Positions 1 through 9,712 of a stretch of 51,558 nt of DNA are shown here, one piece after another (within the stretch, counting starts at the first letter, position 1; each line of letters opens with the position of its first letter). A program made the translations under genes and the position numbers. The notes under the pieces were generated by a model, which saw nothing but the letters and a program-made list of their open reading frames with translations, did not search any database and was not told the DNA's origin. This stretch comes from Kiritimatiellota bacterium (GTDB taxonomy: Bacteria; Verrucomicrobiota; Kiritimatiellia; RFP12; UBA1067): NCBI GenBank assembly GCA_009777165.1, contig WRML01000001.1, positions 1 to 51,558 of the forward strand. The letters are read 5' to 3'.

Positions 1-106
1 GGAGGCCCGGGCGGTAAACGCCCACAGGAGAGACATTACCCCCCCGCCTTGAAACGATTCGCATTGCGTCGGGGCGAATCAGGGCGAGCCGAATCGGCTG
101 GCACTC

Positions 107-1267
107 TCATTTGTTCCAGCCGTGACCGTCCGCGAAATCCAGGAACCGTTCCCAGTCGTAGAGAGTGAGGTCATGTTGGCCGGGGCGGATGTGGTAGCCG
201 ATGGAACCTTCCTGCAGGGGCGTCTCAAGCGCAGGGAATGTATCGCCCACAAGCCCCTTTTTGCCGTAAAGTACCCAGGCGGGCGACGCAAGCTTGCACG
301 ATTCGAACTCGCCCTCCGGCCCTGCCCACGGATCCCCCTCCGCCGACGCGACATACACGAGGCGCGGTGCCATCAACGCGAGAAGCTGGTGCTGGTCAAC
401 CGGCAACGCCTCCTCATTGTCAACGTATTTCTGGAAATTCCCGCAGAACCAATAATCGAAGTTCTTGACGATTTGCGCGATATGCTCCGACTTGGGCAAA
501 TCCATCCTGTTCAGCTTCGCGCCGCCGCACCCGGACTCGTTGGAGATCACGAGCGCGAAACGCCTATCGGTCGCGCCGCACCACAATGCCGTCTTCCCAC
601 CCCGCGAATGCCCGATTACCGCGACGCGCTTCGCGTCCAACAGGGGCTCGGTCTCGATCCAATCCATCACGCGGCTCGCGCCCCACGCCCATGCCGCGAG
701 CGTCCCCCAACTGTCTGGCTTACGCATTGCGAGGTCTGGGAGAAAGACGGTATGGACACCGCCATCAAAACTGGGTTTCTTGTCCGGCGCCACATCCTGC
801 GTGTAGAACGCGATTGCCGCATAGCCGCGCGAGACGATCTCCTCGACCGGCCAGAACGGCGATTTCAGCGTACGCTCGGCATCGAGGTTCTCCTCGGGCG
901 AACGGTTGCAGATCAGTACGAACGCCGGCGCCTTCCTCTCACTCGTGGGGATGAACGCGGTCACATCGAACTGCCCCTTCCCGCCCGGCCCCTCAAAGTG
1001 GAGGCGAACACGTTTGCGCACGGCCTTGCCGTCCAGCATCCCGGCGACCTCGCCGAGCTCCTCGAAGCGCAGCGCGTCCGGTCGCCCAACTGGGTTGCGC
1101 CCGTAGACGTGTTCCTGAAACAGGTTGAGGATCCCCGCCCGGCGCGCCTGTTCCCACTGCGCGACCGTCGTCCCCCCCTCCCCTGTTTTCAGCAACTCAG
1201 GGATTTCCGCCTGTGCCGCATTACTCACCATCAGCGACACCCCCGCCAGCACCATTGCACGTTTCAT
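107..1267 (-). CDS. secreted alpha/beta hydrolase, glucuronoyl esterase (CE15)-like
   Basis: ORF 107..1444 trimmed to ATG at 1267, giving the signal-like N-terminus MKRAMVLAGVSLMVSNAAQA. GHSRGGK nucleophile elbow and flanking blocks resemble CE15 esterases. Confidence 0.65.
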   Translation of the reverse strand: MKRAMVLAGVSLMVSNAAQAEIPELLKTGEGGTTVAQWEQARRAGILNLFQEHVYGRNPVGRPDALRFEELGEVAGMLDGKAVRKRVRLHFEGPGGKGQFDVTAFIPTSERKAPAFVLICNRSPEENLDAERTLKSPFWPVEEIVSRGYAAIAFYTQDVAPDKKPSFDGGVHTVFLPDLAMRKPDSWGTLAAWAWGASRVMDWIETEPLLDAKRVAVIGHSRGGKTALWCGATDRRFALVISNESGCGGAKLNRMDLPKSEHIAQIVKNFDYWFCGNFQKYVDNEEALPVDQHQLLALMAPRLVYVASAEGDPWAGPEGEFESCKLASPAWVLYGKKGLVGDTFPALETPLQEGSIGYHIRPGQHDLTLYDWERFLDFADGHGWNK

Positions 1268-1434
1268 TCGTACTCCTTTTCTAACCATTGTTAATAATGG
1301 TTGGTATCGTATCTTTTTCACTGGGTCTTCCGCAAGGAAAAACGTGTGGAAAAATTCTCCTACAAAAAAGTGTTTCCCTCGCGGCACGGAAAAGTCTATA
1401 CTATTTATCGTTACATGAAAGGAGCGAAAGCAAA

Positions 1435-1902
1435 ATGAAAACACGAGATTGGTTTCTCATCGGATTGGGTGGGAGTACGTTGTCGGTTCTAATCCTGACA
1501 GGCTGCGGGACTACGCAGAGCCTCATCGAGAGACGCATCCAGCACGAGTACGTATTCTTCGCGGAACTCCCCGAGGACACGCAGGCGCGGCTACGCAACG
1601 GGCAACTCCAGGTGGGCGACGCGCTCAGCGCCGCATGGATCGTCTATGGCGACCCAACCTACATCCACGAGCGTACCACGGAAACGTCAACCAACATGGT
1701 CTGGTCATACAGTACCATGGAGACGCAACCCATTGACCAGTTCAACCAAGTGTACTACCCCACTTCCGGCCGGCGCGGCATCACGTACATGGAGTCGGAC
1801 CTCCTCCTCCAGCGTTCGTACCTGCACAGCCGCAACGACTACCTGCGGATCGAGCTCAGCGAAGGCAAGGTCATCGCCATTGACCGCATGAAACAAGAAT
1901 AG
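1435..1902 (+). CDS. lipoprotein of unknown function
   Basis: ATG at 1435 preceded by AAAGGAG (1418..1424). N-terminus MKTRDWFLIGLGGSTLSVLILTGC has a lipobox (LTGC). Confidence 0.6.
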   Translation: MKTRDWFLIGLGGSTLSVLILTGCGTTQSLIERRIQHEYVFFAELPEDTQARLRNGQLQVGDALSAAWIVYGDPTYIHERTTETSTNMVWSYSTMETQPIDQFNQVYYPTSGRRGITYMESDLLLQRSYLHSRNDYLRIELSEGKVIAIDRMKQE

Positions 1903-1956
1903 CGATGACGTTTTAGTGTTTTAAAAACACCTTGAACCTGAATTCTACAAACTAAA

Positions 1957-2874
1957 ATGCCCTCCCCCGACATTCCCCTGCTCAACCGGCGTTTCGGATC
2001 TGCCGGACGCATCATGTTCCGTTCGGACGAGGCGGGGCTGCCTATCGTCTCGCTTGTGAACACGTATGCCGCCTGCGAAGTGTCGCTCTATGGCGGACAC
2101 GTCCTCGACTACCGCCCGGCCGGGCTGGGTCCCGTACTGTTCGTGAGCAAACGCGCCGTGTTCGAGCCTGGCAAGCCCATCCGCGGCGGTATCCCCATCT
2201 GTTGGCCGTGGTTCGGTAAGGCGGAGCAGACAGTCCTGCCTGCCGTACCTTTACCCCTGCATGGCTTCGCCCGCATCATGCAGTGGAATCTGTCCGAAAC
2301 CGAATACACGGCGAATACCACGGAACTTCGGCTGTCGCTCTCCGACTCGGAACTGACGCGCCAGATATGGGATTTTGCGTTCGCACTGAAACTGCGCATC
2401 CGGCTGGAGCAGCACCTCACCCTCGAACTCGTGACCGAGAACCGTGACACGCGCCCGTTCGATTTGTCGCAAGGTTTCCATCCCTATTTCCGCGTGAGCG
2501 ATATTTCGGCGGTGTCCGTCCACGGCCTCAACGGCGCGACCTTCACCAACCACCCCTCGCCTCAACGTGAGCAGCAGCACGGCACGTTGACCCTCCAAGG
2601 AGAGACGAACCGCATCTACACGCCAGAGAAAAACGAGATCGCCATCCGCGATGAGAAGCTCAAACGCGCCACGCTCATCACGTTCTCCGGCACACGCAAC
2701 GTCGTCGTCTGGAACCCATGGGCCGAGCGCATCAAAACGTTCGACGACCTCGCGCCCGACGACTACACGCGGATGCTCTGCGTCGAGCCCGCCAACCTCG
2801 GCGACACGTCCATCACGCTCGACCCTAACGAACGCCACACGCTGAGAATGGATATTCAGGCGAGACTGACGTGA
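1957..2874 (+). CDS. D-hexose-6-phosphate mutarotase (aldose 1-epimerase family, YeaD-like)
   Basis: 305-aa ORF with the GGIPICWPWFG block and the overall aldose-1-epimerase layout. Confidence 0.75.
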   Translation: MPSPDIPLLNRRFGSAGRIMFRSDEAGLPIVSLVNTYAACEVSLYGGHVLDYRPAGLGPVLFVSKRAVFEPGKPIRGGIPICWPWFGKAEQTVLPAVPLPLHGFARIMQWNLSETEYTANTTELRLSLSDSELTRQIWDFAFALKLRIRLEQHLTLELVTENRDTRPFDLSQGFHPYFRVSDISAVSVHGLNGATFTNHPSPQREQQHGTLTLQGETNRIYTPEKNEIAIRDEKLKRATLITFSGTRNVVVWNPWAERIKTFDDLAPDDYTRMLCVEPANLGDTSITLDPNERHTLRMDIQARLT

Positions 2875-2892
2875 TGGCGACGATTCGTCTCA

Positions 2893-2999
2893 CACCAAGG
2901 CATAAAGGACACAAAGGCAATGTTACTTTTTTTGGATAGGATGAACGGGATGGACAGGATTTTGCTCATCAAAACCATTGCGTCCTTTGTGTTTTTGTG
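2893..2999. repeat. host intergenic hairpin element (ACAAAGG-type arms)
   Basis: CACCAAGGCATAAAGGACACAAAGG faces CCTTTGTGTTTTTGTG. The loop holds GGATAGGATGAACGGGATGGACAGGAT units. Confidence 0.55.
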
Positions 3000-3031
3000 C
3001 GAGGAAAAAAAGAAACGGGGAATCCTCTGGC

Positions 3032-4135
3032 ATGGCCCATATCGTACAGATCCTGCCCGCGCTGGATGAGGGCGGTGTCGAGCGCGGCATCGTGGAGATC
3101 AGCCGAGAGCTTGTCAGGCGGGGACACCGTAGCACGGTCATTTCCCTGGGGGGGCGGTTCGCAGGGACGCTCGCCCTCCAAGGGGGGGGGCATCTCCAAA
3201 TGGATGTGAAATCGAAAAACCCGCTGACCGTCCCGTCGCGCGTGTCGCGTCTCGCCGCCATCCTCAAAGATATCAAGCCTGACATCGTCCACTACCGCAG
3301 CCGCGTCCCGGGGTGGCTGTTTAAATTCGCGAACCGCAACCTGCGTTTGCCATTCGTCTCAACCGTCCACGGCTTCAACAGCGTGAGTGCCTACAGCCGT
3401 ATCATGACCGAAGGCATGAGGGTCATCTGTCCCAGCACCGCCGTCATCACCTACATCCGCAAACACTACGGCACCCCCGAAGAAAAGATTCGCCTCATCC
3501 ATCGCGGCATTGATCCTGAACAGTTCAATCCCGCAACACTCGATGCCGCATTCATCCGCGACTTCCGAAGGCAATACATCCCCGGCAATCACTTTGTCGT
3601 GCTGGGCGTCGGGCGTATCACACCGGTCAAAGGTTTCGATGCGCTCATCCGCGCGACCGCCCTCGCGCGTAACGATGTGCCGAACATACGGACGCTGATT
3701 GTCGGTCATGCGGAAGCGAACCGCATGTCCCACTTGGAGACCCTCAAACGGCTCATCGCAGAACTCGGACTTGAGGACACCGTCCTCTTCACGGGCGGGC
3801 AGAAAAAGATTGCGGAGATTTATTCCTGTGGCAACGTGCTGGTCTCCTGCAACGCCGCCAAGCCTGAGGCGTTCGGACGTTCCATGGCAGAGGCACTGGC
3901 GATGAACTGCCCGGTCATCGCCACAGCACAGGGGGGGGCCTTGGACATCGTCCGTGACGGAAAAAATGGCTGGCTCCTCCCCCCGCATGACAGTGGCGCA
4001 CTGGCACATGGCCTTGTCCAGGCTTCATGTACCCCTCCCCCCCGTAACCTTCGCGAAGATGCGCTCACACGGTTCTCTCTCCAACAGATGGTTGACCAAA
4101 CAGAAGCGGTTTATCGCGAGGTACTTTCTGAATGA
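3032..4135 (+). CDS. glycosyltransferase family 4 (GT-B fold)
   Basis: ORF track start 2978 is TTG; the ATG at 3032 gives MAHIVQILPALDEGGVERG. C-terminal EAFGRSMAEALAMNCPVIAT block is typical of GT4 enzymes. Confidence 0.75.
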   Translation: MAHIVQILPALDEGGVERGIVEISRELVRRGHRSTVISLGGRFAGTLALQGGGHLQMDVKSKNPLTVPSRVSRLAAILKDIKPDIVHYRSRVPGWLFKFANRNLRLPFVSTVHGFNSVSAYSRIMTEGMRVICPSTAVITYIRKHYGTPEEKIRLIHRGIDPEQFNPATLDAAFIRDFRRQYIPGNHFVVLGVGRITPVKGFDALIRATALARNDVPNIRTLIVGHAEANRMSHLETLKRLIAELGLEDTVLFTGGQKKIAEIYSCGNVLVSCNAAKPEAFGRSMAEALAMNCPVIATAQGGALDIVRDGKNGWLLPPHDSGALAHGLVQASCTPPPRNLREDALTRFSLQQMVDQTEAVYREVLSE

Positions 4136-4170
4136 CGGTCGCCCTTTCGGGGCAAAATGGACACACGATT

Positions 4171-5898
4171 ATGGAAAACACGATATTAAACAGATGTGAA
4201 GCGCAACTGGCGCAATGGCTGCAATCCGCGTTTGAGATGGCGTGGGGGGGGGGGATCCCGCCCGTCCGCGTGCAACCCACGGCGGACAACCGTTTCGGGG
4301 ATTTCCAGTGCAACGACGCCATGCCGCTCGCCAAAGCCTTGAAGAAGCCCCCCCGCGTCATCGCGGAGGCTGTGGTCTCCGCCCTCCCCCCCCCCTCGAT
4401 GCTGGACAAGATCGAGATCGCGGGCCCGGGGTTCATCAACCTGACCGTCAACGCGTCCTGGCTCGCGGGGCAGGTCGCCGAGCTCTCCGCCACGCCCGCG
4501 TTCGGCATCCCGAATATGGGGCGGGGGAGGACGGTCGTCATTGACTACTCCAGCCCTAACGTCGCCAAGCCCATGCACATCGGGCACATCCGCTCGACCG
4601 TCATCGGCAACGCGCTCGACCGCCTCTATCGCGCGCTCGGCTACACCGTCGTCGCGGACAACCACCTCGGCGACTGGGGCACACAGTTCGGCATCCTGAT
4701 CCAGGGCTAACGCGCGTTCCTCACCGACGCCGAACGTGCGAGCCTCACCATCGAGACGCTGGAGCAGATTTATGTCCAGAGCTACAACCGTACCAAGGAG
4801 GACGAGGGCTGGCTCGCCGCCTGTAAAGCCGAGCTCGTCAAACTCCAGCAGGGCGACGCGGAGAACCGCGTCATCTGGGAACGCTTCATCGCCATCAGCC
4901 TGAGCGAGTTCGACCGCATCTACGAACGCCTCGGCGTCCGCTTCGACCTCTGCCGCGGCGAGAGCTTCTACAACCCCATCCTGTCCGAGACCATCCGGCT
5001 CCTGCAGGACAAGGGGCTTGCCGTGGAGAGCGAGGGCGCGCTCGTCGTCAACCTCGAAGCCGAGGGAATGCCCGTCTGCATCGTGCGCAAGAGCGACGGC
5101 GGCTTCAACTACGCCGCCACCGACATCGCCACCGTGCGCAACCGCGTGGCGGAGTTCAGCCCCGACCGCATCGTCTACGTCACCGACGAACGCCAGCAGC
5201 TCCACTTCCGGCAGTTCTTCTCCGTCTGCGCCAAGCTCGGCATCACCGCGCACCTCGAGCATGTCTGGTTCGGGCTTATGCGTTTACCCGAAGGCACGTT
5301 CTCCACGCGCCAAGGCAATGTCATCAAACTCGAGGCCCTGCTCGACGAAGCGGTGCGCCGCGCACTCGACATCATCCAGTCATCCAGCACCGACATGACC
5401 GAGGCCGAGCAACAGAAGCTCGCGGAAGAGATCGGCATCGGCGCGATCAAATACGCCGACCTCTCGCACGACCCCCAGACGCTCATCGTCTTCACGTGGG
5501 AAAAGGCGCTCGCACTCGAAGGCAACTCCGGCCCCTACCTGCAGTACGCCCATGCGCGCATCTGCAGCCTGCTCGACAAATATGCCGAGCGCCTCCCCGG
5601 CCGCGACCCCCTGCGGAACACGCTCACGCTCGACGCGCCCATCGAGAAAGAGCTTGCGCTCAAACTGCTCCAGTTCCCCGCCACCGTCGCGCGCGCGGCC
5701 GAAGCGTACAAGCCCAACGTGCTGGCCGACTACCTGTTTGGGCTTGCCCAGGCCTACAGCAGCTTCTACCAGCAATCGCCCGTGCTGAAATCCGAACCCG
5801 CCATCCGCGACAGCCGCATCTGCCTCTGCGCCATGGTCGCCCAAGTGCTGCAACAGGGATTGACGTTGCTGGGAATAGCCACACCGAGAACAATATAG
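4171..5898 (+). pseudogene. argS: arginine--tRNA ligase interrupted by a single in-frame TAA at 4708..4710 (real nonsense mutation or sequencing error)
   Basis: Fragments 4171..4710 (PMHIGHIRS HIGH motif, GDWGTQFGILIQG) and 4711..5898 are in the same frame. The sequence after the stop continues as ArgRS (ESFYNPIL, DGGFNYAATDIA, QQLHFRQ). Confidence 0.85.
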
Positions 5899-5921
5899 TG
5901 CGTTATCCCATATCGGATCCC

Positions 5922-7817
5922 TTACCGGTCAGTGACCTCAACAATCACAGGGGGCGTGAAGAGGCCAAAGGGGACCACGGAGTAACTGGAATCGTTGAGG
6001 ATATGTGGATTCGTCTGGTTGTAGCGCGTGTTCGCGAGTTCGATACGTACGGTGTTCCGCCCGGACCGCAGTGCCGTCGAAATATCAGTCTCCCAAGGAT
6101 GAGAGAGTAACGGGAAGAAGGTGCCGCCGTTGACGGTGACCTGCAGGACGGCTGCCTGAAACGAGGGGAACGTCAGCAGGTAACGCATTCCGCGAACGAT
6201 ATGCGGCAGGTCAACGGTGGCCTCCAACACGAATGTCCCCGCATAGAACGGATACCCTTGCGGAACGAGGTCGCCAAGGGAGGGGGTACGTTCCTTCACA
6301 ATCGAGGCGCGCGCAAAGGGGTAGGGTAATGGGGACGGTGCAGACGGAGGTGGGGGGTCTGTCGTAACGGCGAAATCGCCCGTGAGGTAGATGTTTTGGA
6401 TATGACCGGCACGAGTGGCGGTTTCACCATCAAGGACAAGCTCAATCTCGTTCTCGCCGGGTTTGAGGAACGCCGCCACATCACCCGTATGGAGCGTCTC
6501 GCACATGAAGCAGTCGTTGGTCGAAAACGTGACGGGTTGCCCGTTCATCGTAATCGAAGCGTACCTCTGTGTCTCGTGGACAGCTAGCCTGCAGACGACA
6601 GGAATGTCCGTAACCTGTGCGGCATAGCGGAGACGTACCATGCGATTGGCGTGTGAAGGCGACGAGAACTGTTTGAAGATGTCACGTACAGATTCGGGAG
6701 CACTCCACGTGATGCCGTCATCTTGCGAGCAGCGCGCACAATCGAGCGTGAGCGCATTCGGGTCGAGGCGCTTACCGCTCCATGCGCCTTCCAACGCCGC
6801 GATAGCCTGACGGGGATAGGGCACGGCATAGATACCGTCGAAAACAAAATTCCGGGTAAACTCGCCGAAACACACAACCCACATCTGAGCGTGTGTAAAT
6901 GCAAGGCGGTAGGAACCGTCCTCCTCTTGGCGGAGCACAAACGTTCTCCCGCTCACGGGATCCAGAAGCGCAGTCCGTACGGAGTAGTCCGCTAGGTGAA
7001 GCGCAATGATGTTCGGGGCAGGCACTGGGCCGCTGCTGAGCCATAACGTATGACCACCCTCCACCGAACGCAAGTGTGCGGTAATCGTTTCCGTGTTTTT
7101 GCCGTCCAGCATGAACAAGGGCGGCACGTCTGTTGTCAGTGCCTGTTTCCATGCGTCATCGTCTGCCATCAACGGCGCGACTTCAGTGAGCGCACTCACG
7201 GCTTGGGGGTTCGCCATGCCGTCAACACGTTGCGGGTATGCTCTGTCAACCAAGATGATGCCGCCCTGCTGAGCAAAGCGCAACAGCAATGCCAATGTGC
7301 TTGCGCGGATGGAATCCATCTGCGACAACACCACGGTGCGGTATGTCTCCCTGCCGATGGTGAGACATCCCCTCCGTAACGTACCCCCTCCCACGACCAC
7401 GTCCTCGTCATTTGGTTGGACGTTACGGTGGTTCGCAAGCAGTAATTCATACAATGTTTGCGCGGTACGGTTGGTGTTCCCTTCCCGTTGGAGGGGATCA
7501 TCGGTGCGCCGTGGGTCAGCCGAACGAATCAAGCAAATGTTCGCCTCAACCTGCCCGGCTGAACGGAGGTAGACAAGACGCGCCTCGATCTCCGCGAACA
7601 ACGTGCTGTACCGCCCATACGCCTCGTAGACCTGAGGATCAGTCAATCCTTCGGGCGGCGAACGAAAATGACACTGGAACGTACTCTGCACAAACGAATC
7701 GGCGTTTTTCCAAATCCTACAACCTACCACCGAAAGGAGGACGGCAATGACGAGACCGATTTTGAAAAATAGACGACGGACGACGGACGACGGATGACCG
7801 TGTGAATGCAACAACAT
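5922..7817 (-). CDS. membrane-anchored protein with glycoside-hydrolase-like beta-sandwich C-terminal domains
   Basis: ATG at 7817 avoids overlap with trxA and gives a TM anchor (FFKIGLVIAVLLSVVGC). The C-terminal PQGYPFYAGTFVLEATVDLP ... TVNGG ... GRNTVRIELAN pattern resembles jelly-roll sugar-binding domains. Confidence 0.5.
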   Translation of the reverse strand: MLLHSHGHPSSVVRRLFFKIGLVIAVLLSVVGCRIWKNADSFVQSTFQCHFRSPPEGLTDPQVYEAYGRYSTLFAEIEARLVYLRSAGQVEANICLIRSADPRRTDDPLQREGNTNRTAQTLYELLLANHRNVQPNDEDVVVGGGTLRRGCLTIGRETYRTVVLSQMDSIRASTLALLLRFAQQGGIILVDRAYPQRVDGMANPQAVSALTEVAPLMADDDAWKQALTTDVPPLFMLDGKNTETITAHLRSVEGGHTLWLSSGPVPAPNIIALHLADYSVRTALLDPVSGRTFVLRQEEDGSYRLAFTHAQMWVVCFGEFTRNFVFDGIYAVPYPRQAIAALEGAWSGKRLDPNALTLDCARCSQDDGITWSAPESVRDIFKQFSSPSHANRMVRLRYAAQVTDIPVVCRLAVHETQRYASITMNGQPVTFSTNDCFMCETLHTGDVAAFLKPGENEIELVLDGETATRAGHIQNIYLTGDFAVTTDPPPPSAPSPLPYPFARASIVKERTPSLGDLVPQGYPFYAGTFVLEATVDLPHIVRGMRYLLTFPSFQAAVLQVTVNGGTFFPLLSHPWETDISTALRSGRNTVRIELANTRYNQTNPHILNDSSYSVVPFGLFTPPVIVEVTDR

Positions 7818-7875
7818 CCCCCTGCGTACGCCTGGGCAGATACAGGCCCCCCCCCCTCCACCTGACCACGGACTG

Positions 7876-8208
7876 CTAACCATTAACCACGATTCCCTCC
7901 ACTGCCTTGACAAGCGTATCGGCAGATTGGAGCCCGGTCATCTGCTGCGCAAGCTGACCGTCCTTGAAGATCAGGATCGTCGGGATACTCTTGATCCCGA
8001 ACTTCACGGCAAGCTCGCGCGACTCGTCAATGTTGACCTTGCCGATCTTCGCGCGTCCCTCCACGGCGGGCGCGACATGATTTTCAAGGATCGGAGTCAG
8101 CATCTGGCAGGGTCCGCACCACGGCGCCCAGAAGTCCACGAGCGTGACGCCCTCCGCAATGGTGGCGTCGAAGTTTGAAGCATTCAGTGTGAGTAGGTTC
8201 TGTGACAT
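7876..8208 (-). CDS. trxA: thioredoxin
   Basis: 110 aa with the WAPWCGPCQ active site. Confidence 0.9.
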   Translation of the reverse strand: MSQNLLTLNASNFDATIAEGVTLVDFWAPWCGPCQMLTPILENHVAPAVEGRAKIGKVNIDESRELAVKFGIKSIPTILIFKDGQLAQQMTGLQSADTLVKAVEGIVVNG

Positions 8209-8226
8209 AACATTATTCCTTTCGTG

Positions 8227-9420
8227 TTAAACAAGATATGCGCCGGCGGCAGGTTTGATGACGCTGACATCGCACGGCGTGTTGAACGTTGCGGCGTAGG
8301 CGGAGGCGAGCGCGGCAGAGGCGGTCTCGACATCGCGCGAATGTACCAGCACCACGGCGGAACCGCCGAACCCGCCGCCCGACAGGCGCGCACCCAGCAC
8401 GCCCGGGATTTTCTTTGCGGCGTCAACGACAGCATCCAGCTCCGCGCACGAGTTGCCGAACAACACGCGCGAGCTTTCATGCGAGTCGAACATCACCGCG
8501 CCAAATCCGGCGAGATTTCCCTCGGACAGCAGTTTTGCGCCTTTCAGCACGCGCTCGTTTTCGCCGATGGGATGCGCGGCGTGGTTCGCCACGTCCTCGG
8601 GCAGACCGCGCTTGTAAATCGCCCACTCGGTCATGCTCACGTCGCGGATCGCGTTCACGGGATGCCGCAGCACACGGGCGAAGTGCGCCGCCGCCTGTTC
8701 GCACGATTCACGCAAGCGGTTGTATGCACCGTCGGCAAGCGCGTGTTTTGTGCGCGTGTCGCACAAGAGGAAACACGCCTCCGCCCCCATGTTGACCGTC
8801 TCGTAGGAAACAGAGCGGAAGTCCGTTTTGACAAGCCTGTTCTCCTGTCCCGCCAGACTCGAAATCTGATCCAACAGCCCGCACTTGCACCCGACGAATG
8901 TGTGTTCCGCGTTCTGCCCGATTTTCGCGAGCATCACGGCATCGGTCGCGATGTTGTACAGCTTCGCGAGCGCGATGCCCGTTGACATCTCCAACGCGGC
9001 GGAACTCGACAGACCACTCCCCAGGGGGACGTTGCCCAGAAACATCCCGTCGAACCCGTGCGCGGGCGGCTTGCGTTCGGCGAGTCCTGCGAACGTGCCC
9101 TTGACATAATTCTGCCACGTGTCAGAGCCCCCTTTTGAAAGGGGGTACCCGAAGGGCGGGGGTTTGACATCATCCGCGCTGAACGTGACCTCCCGCATCA
9201 GGTCGCCAGCCACGAGGCGGCAGCCCATGGACACGCTTTTCGCAACGGCAAAAAATGTGCCGAACTGGATGGCGGCGGAAAAGACAAACCCCTCATTGTA
9301 ATCCGTGTGGTTGCCCAGCACCTCGATGCGCCCCGGCGCATAGGCGACGACCTCCGGGTAACGCCCGAAGTGCGCGCGGAACTTGCCCTGCAACTCATCG
9401 TAAATCGGCTTGTTCGTCAT
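8227..9420 (-). CDS. galK: galactokinase
   Basis: GRIEVLGNHTDYNEG galactokinase signature and GHMP loop GNVPLGSGLSSSAA. Carries an in-frame PLSKGG hairpin insert at 9128..9145. Confidence 0.9.
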   Translation of the reverse strand: MTNKPIYDELQGKFRAHFGRYPEVVAYAPGRIEVLGNHTDYNEGFVFSAAIQFGTFFAVAKSVSMGCRLVAGDLMREVTFSADDVKPPPFGYPLSKGGSDTWQNYVKGTFAGLAERKPPAHGFDGMFLGNVPLGSGLSSSAALEMSTGIALAKLYNIATDAVMLAKIGQNAEHTFVGCKCGLLDQISSLAGQENRLVKTDFRSVSYETVNMGAEACFLLCDTRTKHALADGAYNRLRESCEQAAAHFARVLRHPVNAIRDVSMTEWAIYKRGLPEDVANHAAHPIGENERVLKGAKLLSEGNLAGFGAVMFDSHESSRVLFGNSCAELDAVVDAAKKIPGVLGARLSGGGFGGSAVVLVHSRDVETASAALASAYAATFNTPCDVSVIKPAAGAYLV

Positions 9421-9465
9421 GTCATCTCCACAAAATTAAACCTCAAATCGAATATGACGATCATG

Positions 9466-9657
9466 TCATCCATTGACGTAACCTGCCAAAGGCTTAAGGA
9501 TGATTCGTTGGATGTGATAGCCTTGCGTGTTCACGGCGGTAAACGCTTGCGTAACGCAATCATCAATGGCAGCGACAATTTCACGCTCAGTCGTTCTAAA
9601 AGTGAACGTAACGCCTTTACGTGAAGTTCTGCGAGTCTTTAATATGGTCTTTGTCAT
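9466..9657 (-). CDS. hypothetical small protein (63 aa) at the edge of the R-M island
   Basis: ORF only. Lower GC than galK. No recognisable motif. Confidence 0.3.
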   Translation of the reverse strand: MTKTILKTRRTSRKGVTFTFRTTEREIVAAIDDCVTQAFTAVNTQGYHIQRIILKPLAGYVNG

Positions 9658-9680
9658 CTCTTTCTTTTCCTTTCAATAGA

Positions 9681-9712
9681 GGGGGGGGGGGGTAGCCCCC
9701 CTGTTTTTTTTT
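9681..9712. terminator. G12-TAG-C6 hairpin followed by a T run
   Basis: GGGGGGGGGGGGTAGCCCCCCTGTTTTTTTTT lies immediately 3' of the endonuclease stop. The T run follows the stem only on the plus strand. Confidence 0.4.

Noticed and set aside
122-1294. Long antisense or alternative-frame ORFs overlapping confidently called genes, for example 122..1294(+), 4186..5262(-), 8224..8985(+), 12500..13519(+), 18708..20546(+), 30987..32624(-), 31136..32215(+) and 40449..42440(-).
   Set aside because: These are typical stop-poor shadow frames of high-GC DNA. Their products are Arg/Pro/Gly/Ala-rich with no motifs, and each overlaps a gene with clear family signatures.
4132-5898. A programmed frameshift or two separate genes as the explanation for the split argS ORFs.
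   Set aside because: Both parts are in the same frame, with a single TAA between contiguous conserved ArgRS blocks, so a frameshift is excluded. A nonsense codon or base-call error is the simpler reading.
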